From: Candidatus Bathyarchaeia archaeon | Lineage (GTDB): Archaea > Thermoproteota > Bathyarchaeia > Bathyarchaeales > Bathycorpusculaceae | Reading direction: 5' to 3' | Assembly: GCA_037481775.1 (NCBI GenBank) | Contig: JBBFKZ010000002.1 | Coordinates: forward strand, 86,453 to 150,452 | Length of the DNA stretch: 64,000 nt | Part shown: piece after piece, positions 9,725-19,353 of the stretch | Position numbering within the stretch: the stretch's first letter is position 1 | Layout of the letters: each line of letters starts with the position of its first letter | The notes under the pieces: model-generated | The model's database searches: none | Told to the model about the DNA's origin: nothing | The model's input: the letters and a program-made list of their open reading frames with translations, nothing else | Translations under genes and position numbers: made by a program

Positions 9725-10414
9725 TTAAATTTTTGGTTTTAGAACAGCGTGCTTGACGTCGACGTAGCGGTTTTTTCCCTTTTTCTTCAAATCAAATTTA
9801 ACCACTTCGATTTTCTGTTTGAAAAGCGGCGCGTCAATAACCATTGTGTGATACCATGCTGTCGGCGTCTCCCCGCATGGATCCAGCTTATTCTTGGCAC
9901 AAACTGCTAATAGCTCCTTTTGACATTCGTTGTCGCATAAGTGACCCAGCCACTTCTTGGCAAAATTCTCGAGGTCCCGTGCATAAGTTGTGTCGATGCA
10001 ACCAAAGATGAATTTTATACCTGCCGACAGCTCTTCGTTGAGAAGATTTGCGTGGTTGCCTGTTGGATCCCAAAGGGGCGTGAATAATTCCAGTCCTATT
10101 TGTTTGCAGGCGCTCTCGTAGAATGGCTTGTGATTAACATTGGCTATGTCACCAGTAACTATTCCTTCAATTCCTTCTTGTTTCAGCGTTGCCAGCGCGT
10201 TGTACACGTCTCTCATTGGGTCTTTAATTTTGACTTTTTGCTGTGGAATGCCGAGCGCTTGTGACTGGAGCTCCATGAGCTTGAAACTGTGGAAAATGTA
10301 TGGCTCCTGATAAGCATAAGTTAAAAGGTGGTTAACTTCAAAACCGCGTTCAACAGCTTTGTGCAGCGCAAAGCAGCTATCTTTGCCTCCGCCCCAGTGC
10401 ACAGCCACCTTCAT
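9725..10414 (-). CDS. PP-loop ATP pyrophosphatase (Dph6/diphthine-ammonia ligase family)
   Basis: MKVAVHWGGGKDS start, TGDI, PLW, DPCGE...HTMV. The longer ORF-track start overlaps the tRNA. Confidence 0.8.
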   Translation of the reverse strand: MKVAVHWGGGKDSCFALHKAVERGFEVNHLLTYAYQEPYIFHSFKLMELQSQALGIPQQKVKIKDPMRDVYNALATLKQEGIEGIVTGDIANVNHKPFYESACKQIGLELFTPLWDPTGNHANLLNEELSAGIKFIFGCIDTTYARDLENFAKKWLGHLCDNECQKELLAVCAKNKLDPCGETPTAWYHTMVIDAPLFKQKIEVVKFDLKKKGKNRYVDVKHAVLKPKI

Positions 10415-10532
10415 ACGGGCCGCCTCTTTAGCCGAGAAAAAACAAGCCGGCAAGTAATAAAATTTTGCATCCCCCAAAAGAGCAGAGGCTGCCGAATCAA
10501 GAGCGGATCGCGGGGATTTGCACACTAAAAAG

Positions 10533-10621
10533 TGGCGCCGGGAATGGGATTCGAACCCATGCGGACCCGAAGGGTCCACGGGCTCTCAAGGCCCGCGCGT
10601 TATCCACTCTGCCATCCCGGC
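10533..10621 (-). tRNA. tRNA-Ser(TGA)
   Basis: GCCGGGA/TCCCGGC acceptor stem; anticodon arm CGGGC-CT TGA GA-GCCCG; long variable arm; TTCGAAT T-loop; encoded G-CCA. Confidence 0.93.
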
Positions 10622-10722
10622 TCTGCTTGTTTAATCTAGGGTTCTTGTTTATTTCTGTTTTCCGTCAATAACGGGCATAGGCAAGAAAAAGTAATTAGGC
10701 GCTAGGCAGTAAGAGGCGGTTT

Positions 10723-11115
10723 ATGGTGGAAACTGTAGCTGTAGCGATGCGCTTGGAGTTGTTGGAGGCGATTTTTGAAGGCGCCCGGCGGCTTTATCCG
10801 CGGGAAACGATTTTACTCCTTCGCGGCAAAAAACGCAAAGACGTGATCTTCATCGAGGAGCTTGTTGTTCCGCCTCTAGCGACTTATGGCGACGGCTTCG
10901 CTAACATTCCATTGCACATGTTGCCAATAGACTTCTCCATCGTGGGCACAGTTCATTCGCATCCCTCCGGTAATTTAGAGCCTTCAGATGTAGATTTCAA
11001 CCATTTTTTCGGCCGGATACTAATGATTGTTGGTTTTCCTTTTTCAAATCAAAAAGACGTTGCAGTGTATAATTCTCGTGGCGAAAAGTTGCTTTTGCAA
11101 ATAACCAACTGTTAA
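10723..11115 (+). CDS. JAB1/MPN+ (JAMM) metalloprotease
   Basis: YPRE and VHSHPSG...S..D motif. Confidence 0.88.
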   Translation: MVETVAVAMRLELLEAIFEGARRLYPRETILLLRGKKRKDVIFIEELVVPPLATYGDGFANIPLHMLPIDFSIVGTVHSHPSGNLEPSDVDFNHFFGRILMIVGFPFSNQKDVAVYNSRGEKLLLQITNC

Positions 11116-11290
11116 GAGCTGCTTCATGAATGCTTTGCGTTGCTGTTTTATGCCCGTTGGCCGCATGTGTCAAAGGCTTGTTTAATGGGCCATGTGCTAA
11201 ATCGGTATTTGAGTACATGAAGAGAAGGGTTGCTTTGGCAGAATACATAACTTAAATAGGCTTAGGCATTAAAGGTTTTTGCGGCAAGTT

Positions 11291-11650
11291 TTAGTTAACT
11301 TTGCGTTTTGTGTCTTCGTATTCCCGTAGAAACTCTAAGGCGAATTTGTTGGCGTTTTTCTCTGTTCCTCTATGTTGTTTATCTACTGCGTGAGTGCGAA
11401 GGTGGTGGTAGAACTCGTGCAAAACAACGAAGGGGTTCTTTATAACATCGCTGTTGAGTAGTGAGATGGTTTCGTTTTTAGGCGTGTAACAACCGGAAAC
11501 ATTTCTTTTGCGCCCTTTTGGCAAGCCTATTTTCAGCTTTGGTGTGGCTACTCCGTAGTTCTCTGCAAGCCGCTCAAGGGCTTCTTCTGTTTTTCCATCC
11601 AAAATTAGCTGGACAACGAGTGATTTGAAGTTATTTTGCAATGTGTGCAC
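11291..11650 (-). CDS. Small HEXXH zinc metallopeptidase-like protein
   Basis: VVLHEFYHH...EKNANKFA. Confidence 0.65.
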   Translation of the reverse strand: MHTLQNNFKSLVVQLILDGKTEEALERLAENYGVATPKLKIGLPKGRKRNVSGCYTPKNETISLLNSDVIKNPFVVLHEFYHHLRTHAVDKQHRGTEKNANKFALEFLREYEDTKRKVN

Positions 11651-11705
11651 TCCAGAAGCAGATAGTGCTTGGTTTAATTAAAAGTGCTTGTGGTTTCAAG
11701 GCATT

Positions 11706-12056
11706 TTAGATTGCGTTGACGACCACTATTAGATTGTTTAGGACCGCCGTTAGTAGAAGCAGTGTGGTTGCCGTGTATGCGCCTTTGAGTATGATGCGTA
11801 TGTATCGAAAGTGGCTGTTGCTTTCTGCTGGCGCGCTTAGCAGTGTTTTCTCTGCTTTATAGAATAGTAAGGCTGATAGTATGGTCGCTGAGAGTTTTAT
11901 GGCTGTAAATGCTGGTAAACTTGTTCTAGTTGTTTCAGCGAGGAAGGGATTGCTTTCTACGGCGCCGAAGTAGGCTATGCCTATGAATGTTGTTAGCCAA
12001 TCCATCGAACCCATTAGAATAAGTGATAAGCAAGGAATGGCCTTCACTTTGAGCAT
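11706..12056 (-). CDS. DUF5658-like membrane protein
   Basis: DWLTT...GAVESNP motif, 3-4 TM; ATG preceded by GGAG. Confidence 0.65.
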   Translation of the reverse strand: MLKVKAIPCLSLILMGSMDWLTTFIGIAYFGAVESNPFLAETTRTSLPAFTAIKLSATILSALLFYKAEKTLLSAPAESNSHFRYIRIILKGAYTATTLLLLTAVLNNLIVVVNAI

Positions 12057-12324
12057 GTTTGCCTTCTCCTTTCTCAACTACCCTATATGGCGCTGCACTG
12101 ATTTAAGTATTGAATTACAATTTACGATATATGTCTCAAATCAAACTAGTTACGACGTCGCCCCATCAGTCGCCACGTAACAACCACCCTGCCGGATAAC
12201 CTTCTACAACTTGATTTAATTTAACTGGCTTTAAAATGGCAATTTGGAATAGCTTTTATATAGTTCCACTGCTATTTAATGAGGCTCGTGCATTAATTGC
12301 ATATAAAAGGAGAGAATCGGGAGA

Positions 12325-14862
12325 ATGAAGTTGATCAAATGCAAGACCTATACTGCAATTGCTATTCTAACATTCGCCATGGCAATATCGCTTGTCGCTT
12401 TACCCGCAACTGCACAGCCAGGCGTAACCCGCGCATCTTTCCCCATACTCGACGTCGTTCCTAACCCCGTCGGCGTGGGTGAAAACGCGCTCATCCGCTT
12501 CGGTGTAATGCAGCAACTGCCCAGCGTATACGATGGCTACGAGGGTTTAACTCTCACAATCACCAAGCCAGACGGCACAACCGAAAACTTCGGTCCATTC
12601 AAGACTGACTCAACAGGCGCAACGTTCATGAACTATGTTCCCGCGACTACAGGCACATATAAGGTGAAGATGGTCTTCCCTGAGCAAATCTGGAAATGGG
12701 GCAACTTCTACAGTGCTGAAAGTGGCAGCTTCATATACAACGGAACCACCATAAAAGGTAGCACAATCGAAATGGAGTTCGAAGTTGTAGCGGAAAAGCG
12801 AGAGACTTACCCTGGACACCCATTACCATCAGAATACTGGACGCGCCCAATTGATCCGCAGCTACGTGAGTGGGCCACGGTCTCTGGCAACTGGATGGCA
12901 CGACCTGACAACTCGCTGGCGCTTTATAACGCTGATGCACCTGAAACAGCTCACGTATTGTGGGTTAGGCAGCTGACTACTGGCGGCTTAAACGGCGGAT
13001 ACTGGGGAGATGCACAGCTACCTGTAGGCGCTGAAACAGGCGACCCCTACGAAGGCAAATGGGCTAACTCAGTTGTAATGAATGGAATTCTCTATTACAA
13101 TAGAGACTCCGCAACAGTAGCGAACAACACAGGAATTGTCGCGGTGGATCTACATACTGGAGAATTGCTCTGGGAGAAACTCGGCGTTTCTCTGTCCTTC
13201 GGGCAAATTCTTTACTTCAACGGTTGGAACATGGACGGCTCATACAATTACCTATGGTCAGTAAGTGGAACCACGTATAACGCATATGACCCATTCAATG
13301 GCGCATGGATCTACACAATGACAAATGTGCCTTCAGGTACACGAGTTTTCGGTCCTAGCGGCGAAATTCTCATCTACCAATTTAACTTCGCAAACGGTTG
13401 GATGGCCATGTGGAACTCAACTGCAGCCGGCCAAGCCAACGGAAACTTTAGAGACCCAGGAAACTTCGGCAGCTGGGCTTCTTACATGCGGCCGCTTGTC
13501 CACGGCGTAACATTCGCTGCTAACACCACTGGCGCTTACTCATGGAACGTATCAATACCCGCTGGCTTACAAGCATCAGCATCCTTCGGCGCAACCACAG
13601 TGAAAATATACCCTGACCGCGTAGTAGGCGTATACTACAACCAATCACTTGTCCGCGTCTGGGCTCTAAGCACTAAAGGCTTAACAAAGACATCCACATC
13701 CACCTCGCTGCTATTCGACAAAACATGGACTGCACCATCCATCTGGAGCGAAGGCTCTGTCACAATACACTATACTGGCGCCTCAAACAACCTTGAAGGC
13801 GGCGTCATCGCTGTCTGGTGCAAAGAACTCCGCAAGCACTACGGCTTCAGCGTAGAAACCGGAAACTATCTATGGGAAACAGAATCTGAGCACTTCCTAG
13901 ACGCTTATGGCTGGGGCAACGCTGAGCACACATGGTACTTCGCTTATGGCAAACTATACTCAGTCGGCGTCGGCGGCATCTTGTACGCCTATGACTTGAA
14001 GACCGGCAAAACAGCGTGGACCTACGAGCTCAACGACCCCTACAGCGAATCTGTCACAGGACAAAACTGGTGGGGCTGGATAGCCTTAATTGCAGACGGC
14101 AAAGTCTACCTCGCTCACTGCGAGCACAGTGCTGAGCAGCCTCTGCCTCGCGGCGCGCCATTCGTGTGCTTGAATGCTGAAACAGGCGAAGTGATTTGGC
14201 GTGTTAACGGCATGTTCCGCGGCACCCGGTGGGGTGGCAACGCCGTTATCGGCGACAGCATCATCGCCACCATGGACACGTATGACCAGCGCATCTACGC
14301 CATCGGGAAAGGCCCAAGCGCTACCACTGTTACAGCATCTCCAAAAGTTTCAGTACATGGCAGCAAAGTACTTGTGGAAGGAAGAGTCACCGACATTTCA
14401 CCTGGCCTAGATGACACTGTCATTCGCAAGAGATTCCCGAACGGTGTGCCCGCAGTAGCTGACGAGTGCATGAGCGAATGGATGCTCTATGTCTACAAGC
14501 AATTCGAATGCCCCGCAAACATTAAAGGCGTTGAAGTAGTCGTTGAGGTACTTGATCCCAACGGCAACTATTACGAAGTTGCCAGGACCACAAGTGATGG
14601 CAGCGGCTTCTACAGCGCCACTTTTGATCCACCAGTGCCTGGCAAGTATACAATCGTTGCCCGCTTTGGCGGCTCTAAGGCTTACTACGGCTCTTATGCT
14701 GAAACATCTATATTCGTAGAAGAAGCACCACCAGCTGCACCCACAGCAACACCAGCAACTGAATCAATCGCAGATATCTACTTCGTGCCCGCAGTCATTG
14801 GCATCATCGTAGCAATAGTGGTTGTAGGTCTTGTAATAGTACTGATGCTTAGAAAACGATAA
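12325..14862 (+). CDS. Secreted, C-terminally anchored PQQ-like beta-propeller protein (paralogue 1)
   Basis: Signal peptide, PNPVGVG, repeated AxDxxTGxxxW blades, C-terminal TM plus RKR. Confidence 0.88.
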   Translation: MKLIKCKTYTAIAILTFAMAISLVALPATAQPGVTRASFPILDVVPNPVGVGENALIRFGVMQQLPSVYDGYEGLTLTITKPDGTTENFGPFKTDSTGATFMNYVPATTGTYKVKMVFPEQIWKWGNFYSAESGSFIYNGTTIKGSTIEMEFEVVAEKRETYPGHPLPSEYWTRPIDPQLREWATVSGNWMARPDNSLALYNADAPETAHVLWVRQLTTGGLNGGYWGDAQLPVGAETGDPYEGKWANSVVMNGILYYNRDSATVANNTGIVAVDLHTGELLWEKLGVSLSFGQILYFNGWNMDGSYNYLWSVSGTTYNAYDPFNGAWIYTMTNVPSGTRVFGPSGEILIYQFNFANGWMAMWNSTAAGQANGNFRDPGNFGSWASYMRPLVHGVTFAANTTGAYSWNVSIPAGLQASASFGATTVKIYPDRVVGVYYNQSLVRVWALSTKGLTKTSTSTSLLFDKTWTAPSIWSEGSVTIHYTGASNNLEGGVIAVWCKELRKHYGFSVETGNYLWETESEHFLDAYGWGNAEHTWYFAYGKLYSVGVGGILYAYDLKTGKTAWTYELNDPYSESVTGQNWWGWIALIADGKVYLAHCEHSAEQPLPRGAPFVCLNAETGEVIWRVNGMFRGTRWGGNAVIGDSIIATMDTYDQRIYAIGKGPSATTVTASPKVSVHGSKVLVEGRVTDISPGLDDTVIRKRFPNGVPAVADECMSEWMLYVYKQFECPANIKGVEVVVEVLDPNGNYYEVARTTSDGSGFYSATFDPPVPGKYTIVARFGGSKAYYGSYAETSIFVEEAPPAAPTATPATESIADIYFVPAVIGIIVAIVVVGLVIVLMLRKR

Positions 14863-14882
14863 GCATCAAACAAAACACAAAA

Positions 14883-14900
14883 CTTCCCTCTTTTCTTTTT
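14883..14900 (+). terminator. Archaeal oligo-T terminator
   Basis: CTTCCCTCTTTTCTTTTT just after the stop; similar tract after paralogue 2. Confidence 0.5.
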
Positions 14901-15074
14901 GACCACCCTTCTAAGTCTAAATCCAATAGACAACATTTAGCTTGCATTCACAAGCCAAACCTGACAAGACAGAACCGTGCACGACAAAAAGCGGCCAAAT
15001 CCAAAATTTTAACATGGAAAGAGTAAAACAAATTAACCGAAACAGACTTTGTGTATAACCCGCAAATAAAAAGG

Positions 15075-15090
15075 CGAAGTAGCTATATAC
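15075..15090 (+). promoter_or_regulatory. Putative native tRNA-Val promoter (BRE-TATA), now upstream of attL/int(C)
   Basis: CGAAGTAGCTATATAC about 30 bp upstream of the tRNA 5'-half copy. Confidence 0.5.
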
Positions 15091-15105
15091 AAGAAAGAAA
15101 GTAGA

Positions 15106-15981
15106 ATGACTCAGCGGGCCGGTAGTCTAGCTCGGTTAGGACATCTGCTTGACGTTGACGTTCCTTTGATTAATTGGAGCGATTTTAGGGATTGGATTTT
15201 GAAAAAGTATGCCAAATCTAATGCTTCTACAATTTACTGTTATGCTAGGAGGTATGCGTTTATGCTTAATGGAGACTTCAAGGAGCTAGAAACTTTCAGC
15301 GGTAGCAAAAAGAACGCAGTTTTGAAGGCCCTTATTGCCTTATCCAAGTTTCTGGGAATTTATGAACAGTTTAGGGCCACTCTTTCGAGGCATGGCGTTA
15401 AGTTTGCGAGAACAGACTCTCTTAATGCATTTCTAAGAATAATGAGCAATAATAGCGAGGATTTGCTTGAGTGGTATTCTAAAGCTGTTAGTGTGCTTAG
15501 AGAAAACGGAAAGCTGTTTTTACGGTTTGCTTTAATTTCTGGGTTAAGAAAAGCTGAGGCCATTAAAAGCTTCAATTTAATTATTTCCTTAGCTAAAGAA
15601 AACAATTTGAAAAACTACTTTAATGAAGATTTGTCATGTCTAGAACACTTCAAATTTAAACAGCTATTCTTAAGAGGCAAAAAGAACGTTTACATAACCT
15701 TTATTCCTAAAAGCATGGTTAATGAAATAGCGAATAGTGAACCAATAACCTATGAGGCAATTAGGAAAAGACTTCTCAGAAATGGTTTGAATCTTAGAAT
15801 TAACGAGTTGAGGGATTATTTCGCTACTTTCATGGTTCAGCATGGTTTAATCCGCGAAGAAGTGGATTTGCTTCAAGGCCGAATTCCGCCAAGCTTGTTT
15901 GTGCGTAGCTATTGGACTCCCAGCTTAAAAGAGCTAAGAGATAGAACATTAAAAAACATAACAAGGCTTTCAAATTTATGA
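15106..15981 (+). CDS. Int(C): catalytic part of split tyrosine integrase
   Basis: SGLRKAEA, RGKK, ELRDYFAT, LLQGR, RSYW motifs; N-terminus RAGSLARLGHLLDV is encoded by the att site. Confidence 0.88.
   Translation: MTQRAGSLARLGHLLDVDVPLINWSDFRDWILKKYAKSNASTIYCYARRYAFMLNGDFKELETFSGSKKNAVLKALIALSKFLGIYEQFRATLSRHGVKFARTDSLNAFLRIMSNNSEDLLEWYSKAVSVLRENGKLFLRFALISGLRKAEAIKSFNLIISLAKENNLKNYFNEDLSCLEHFKFKQLFLRGKKNVYITFIPKSMVNEIANSEPITYEAIRKRLLRNGLNLRINELRDYFATFMVQHGLIREEVDLLQGRIPPSLFVRSYWTPSLKELRDRTLKNITRLSNL
15115..15155 (+). repeat. attL: 5' half of tRNA-Val(GAC)
   Basis: CGGGCCGGTAGTCTAGCTCGGTTAGGACATCTGCTTGACGT, identical to 19613-19653. Confidence 0.95.
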
Positions 15982-16005
15982 TGTAGCGAATTTGAGGGTG
16001 TTAAA

Positions 16006-16536
16006 ATGGTAGCGGGTGCTAAGTGTAGCGATGTTTCGCCCAAGATTGAAAGCAGAATTTTGGAGCAAGTTGAAAAGCTTTGCTTGTTTGAGTTGCTATT
16101 TATAGAGGAGTTTAGGGAAAATGTTGAAGGCTTAAGTGCAAAACAACTTTTAGAGTTGATAAACGATTTTCTAAGTGGTGAGCATGGAGAAGTAGAAGCT
16201 TATCTTTTCCTAAAACTTTTAGCTTATTATCCTAAATCCATGGCGAATTATCAACTTACTCCTTTAATGCAAACTTTAATCACAAGCGCATATTACATTG
16301 GACAAAGCGGCTTCTACACTTCAAAGTTGAGCATGGAAGATTTAGCTAAAATTTTCCATAGAAGCAAAAAAACAATCTACGACTGCATTAAAAAGCATCA
16401 AAAAGCTATTGAAGAAAACTTCAAACCCGTTATGGAAGAGGAAAAACTAAGAATGAAAGCTCGAGAAATAGCTCTGAGGGAGCTTGTGGAAGAGGAAAAG
16501 CTGCGGCTTAAGCAAGAGGAAAAGGGAAACAAGTAA
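16006..16536 (+). CDS. Hypothetical protein with HTH and C-terminal coiled coil
   Basis: LSMEDLAKIFHRSKKTIYDCIK HTH-like segment; GAGG RBS. Confidence 0.6.
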   Translation: MVAGAKCSDVSPKIESRILEQVEKLCLFELLFIEEFRENVEGLSAKQLLELINDFLSGEHGEVEAYLFLKLLAYYPKSMANYQLTPLMQTLITSAYYIGQSGFYTSKLSMEDLAKIFHRSKKTIYDCIKKHQKAIEENFKPVMEEEKLRMKAREIALRELVEEEKLRLKQEEKGNK

Positions 16537-16669
16537 ACAAGCGCTTTGCGAGGACTGAGAGGTAATATTATAAAGAAAAATTTTCTTGAAAAGTTTACTT
16601 TTCCCATAGTTTCCTGTTTCAATCAACATTAGAGGTATAAAGTTGCATAGGGCAAGTTGAACGAGCTTG

Positions 16670-17299
16670 CTAAGTATTTCTTAATAATGCTTTTCTGAAC
16701 ATTCTCCAATCCGTTTTAACGTAGTCGCTTAAAACTTCAATGCTTGTTAAACCCACAAACTCTTTCAATATGAATGGGTTAGAGAATGTTTTTCCATACC
16801 AAGATTCTCCTTGACTTCTAAACCAATGAGGCCATTGGCCCGTAACGTAACGCACAATCTTAAAGGCCCTGTTCCTTCCAAACTTAAACAGTCTATCCTC
16901 AGGTTTCTCTATACGCTTAAGGTAGTCTAAAACCAATTTTGTGAAGGGTGCTAATGGGCCTTCTTTCGGCAATGGCACTTCATCACGTATAGCCCTTGAC
17001 TTCTTTTTCGCCTTCTTTTTCCGTTTAACGACAATCATGTTGTGGATTATAACAAAGTCTGGTTCGCTTTCTAAATCGAATTGTTTATGCTTTAAGCTGA
17101 GAACCTCGCTAACCCTTCCACAAGTCAAATAGAGAAGGGCCATAAGTGCCTTGTCTCTTAACTCATAGAATTCCTTGTTTATTTTGTAAGGCCACGCTTT
17201 ACTAGTTATAAGCCCATAGATTTCTGAAGGCCTCAGAAAGTAAATGTCGTTTAGGGTTCTGCGTTTAACTCCTATTAACCATGGCCTTGGCATTAACAT
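16670..17299 (-). CDS. Second tyrosine recombinase (Xer-like, catalytic domain only)
   Basis: RDKAL...LYLTCGRVSEVL, K-rich loop, PHWFR, C-terminal DY. Confidence 0.82.
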   Translation of the reverse strand: MLMPRPWLIGVKRRTLNDIYFLRPSEIYGLITSKAWPYKINKEFYELRDKALMALLYLTCGRVSEVLSLKHKQFDLESEPDFVIIHNMIVVKRKKKAKKKSRAIRDEVPLPKEGPLAPFTKLVLDYLKRIEKPEDRLFKFGRNRAFKIVRYVTGQWPHWFRSQGESWYGKTFSNPFILKEFVGLTSIEVLSDYVKTDWRMFRKALLRNT

Positions 17300-17592
17300 T
17301 TAACCTCGCTCAGTTTTTCAACAACAAGCGTTTTTCTTCCTTTACGGTTCAACTTGTAAGATTCCAGAACCTTCTCAATGGGACGGTCTGAGAAAACATC
17401 TATGATGGCCTTTAACAGCATCGCTTTACCCTGAAACCCCTCACTTATCGGATAAACAGAATCCTCGCTCTCAAAAATAACCTTTAACAAGCGTAAAATA
17501 TCCTCGAAGGTGAACACTTCACCATAAGCCCAAACCCTAACAACCTTATCATTTGGCCCTTTCCGGCCATTAACAATTTCAAACTTAACCAT
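17293..17592 (-). CDS. Hypothetical protein of the element
   Basis: ORF coupled to both neighbours; ATG at 17592 preceded by GGAAGGTG. Confidence 0.6.
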   Translation of the reverse strand: MVKFEIVNGRKGPNDKVVRVWAYGEVFTFEDILRLLKVIFESEDSVYPISEGFQGKAMLLKAIIDVFSDRPIEKVLESYKLNRKGRKTLVVEKLSEVKC

Positions 17593-18503
17593 TAATGGCC
17601 ACCTTCCAAAACGCAAAAATCAGAACGCGAACGCATTCCCAACCCTTTAGGACACAAAACTGAATAGGGATTCGCTGCGTTTACCCTTCCGCAATCCAAA
17701 CATCGCTTAGGAATAGGTTTAGCTGACAAGATTCTTTCAGCTTCCTCTATTACGTTCACTTTAACTGAACTCTGATTTGTGTGTGTGCTGTCTATAACTT
17801 CTTCTTTTATTCTCTCTTTAGCCTCTATGCTTGGTGGCGAGACAACCTCCGAAACGGTTTTCTCGCGCTCTTTCCCTTGGAGAAACTGTTGTATTTTTTT
17901 ATTCTCTTCCTCATATAAGCTACACACACGCAAAACTTCTTTGGAAACCTCACAGCTTTCATTAAATTCTTGTTGAAGATTAACGCCTTCCTGAGTTTCA
18001 TAAGGTTCTTGTTGAGGGTTAGCGGTTTCTTGAAGTTCATAAGTTTCTTGTAAAACAGTTTGTTCTGTGTAGTAGGGCATAAGTTCATGGTGGATAATGT
18101 AGTGGGTTTCTTTGCCTTCTTTATCTTTTGAAATATAGCCTAAAATTTCTAAAAGGCCTTTCTTTGCTGAAAGCCTACGTTCATTCATATATTCAAATTG
18201 GGCCACTTTTCCGCTCACTCGGTTCATTCTTACAATTTTGCTTAGGCCCATGTGTCTTTCAGTTTTCTCTGGCCTTCCTATGTAGCGTTCTATTGTGCGT
18301 TTGTCGTTTGAACCGAAAAATTGGATAAATTCCCACTCGAGGGTTTCATAGCTACATTTTTTGAGGCCTACTTCCCATAAGTGCGTCATAAATTCTGAGG
18401 CTCTATTTAAGCTTATGAAGGCGCCACGTTTCAGAAAACGGAGGAATTTTGGTTTTGTCGTAAAATTTTTAAGTGTAAACTTGCCTATTTCTGAATTGTC
18501 CAT
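17592..18503 (-). CDS. Hypothetical 303-aa protein with C-terminal Cys4 zinc-finger-like motif
   Basis: GGAGG RBS; CLDC...C...C at C-terminus; Q/E-rich internal repeat. Confidence 0.7.
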   Translation of the reverse strand: MDNSEIGKFTLKNFTTKPKFLRFLKRGAFISLNRASEFMTHLWEVGLKKCSYETLEWEFIQFFGSNDKRTIERYIGRPEKTERHMGLSKIVRMNRVSGKVAQFEYMNERRLSAKKGLLEILGYISKDKEGKETHYIIHHELMPYYTEQTVLQETYELQETANPQQEPYETQEGVNLQQEFNESCEVSKEVLRVCSLYEEENKKIQQFLQGKEREKTVSEVVSPPSIEAKERIKEEVIDSTHTNQSSVKVNVIEEAERILSAKPIPKRCLDCGRVNAANPYSVLCPKGLGMRSRSDFCVLEGGH

Positions 18504-18536
18504 AGTTTTCCTCCTTTTTTGTTTAAACTCTAAAAT

Positions 18537-18668
18537 TCACGCTCCTTTTTGCTTAGTGCGAATTTTTGAGCCTCTGGTGTGTTCGCATTTTGGACATTTT
18601 AGCGGGTTTTCTACTCGTGGAATCCAATTGTGGCCGCATTTTTCGCATTTCAATTTTGGCAGTTGCAT
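18537..18668 (-). CDS. Small zinc-ribbon protein (43 aa; not in ORF track)
   Basis: MQLPKLKCEKCGHNWIPRVENPLKCPKCEHTRGSKIRTKQKGA; two CxxC. Confidence 0.75.
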   Translation of the reverse strand: MQLPKLKCEKCGHNWIPRVENPLKCPKCEHTRGSKIRTKQKGA

Positions 18669-18747
18669 GAGTTTCTACCCCATATTCTATATGATGCGAA
18701 AGTATTATATAAGTCAAGATATAACATAATTAATCGAGAGTGGATAC

Positions 18748-19353
18748 ATGTCAAAAGCAAAAAGCGATTATCATATGCCAAGGAAAACTGAGAGTTTGCC
18801 ACTATTACAGAAAAAGATAATCATTCATTTAGCTGAAAATGGCCCTCAAACCGTAAATGAAACCGTAAACAAAATAGAGCATCATTATAAACCTACATGG
18901 ATAGCTTTTCAAAGTTTAGAGAGAAAAGGGTTAATTAAAAAAGTGAATGTCAAACTATATAGAGGAAGAGAGTATCCTCAATTTTGGTTGAGCGAGGATT
19001 GTATAATTTTGGCTTTCATCGAAGGAGCTTCTAAAAACGCTTTATTCAAAAAAACTAAAGAGGTTTATCCAGCTAACAAGAACCTTCATGCTTTCCTAGA
19101 TTTCGCTTCAATATTCAATCCAGAGGTTTGGGAAATAGCGTATTACGCAATTAGAAGGAAGGGCACACTTGAACCCATAGATTTAGCCACTATAATGTTT
19201 ACTCAAATGGATTCAGATGTAAGCATTGAAAAAATCAAGGAAGGGTTAATTCATCTCAAGAAATACCCTGAAATGCTTGAATTCTTTAAGAAGTATATGG
19301 AAAGTTTAGTTAAAGTGATAGAGTGTGTTTTAGAGGTGTTAGAACATGAGTAA
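18748..19353 (+). CDS. Winged-helix transcriptional regulator
   Basis: QKKIIIHLAENGPQTVNE...FQSLERKGLIKK wHTH pattern. Confidence 0.75.
   Translation: MSKAKSDYHMPRKTESLPLLQKKIIIHLAENGPQTVNETVNKIEHHYKPTWIAFQSLERKGLIKKVNVKLYRGREYPQFWLSEDCIILAFIEGASKNALFKKTKEVYPANKNLHAFLDFASIFNPEVWEIAYYAIRRKGTLEPIDLATIMFTQMDSDVSIEKIKEGLIHLKKYPEMLEFFKKYMESLVKVIECVLEVLEHE

Noticed and set aside
10415-10579. N-terminal extension of the Dph6-like ORF
   Set aside because: It runs through tRNA-Ser; the family motif starts at MKVAV (10414). No att repeat or integrase is present, so it is not a second split gene.
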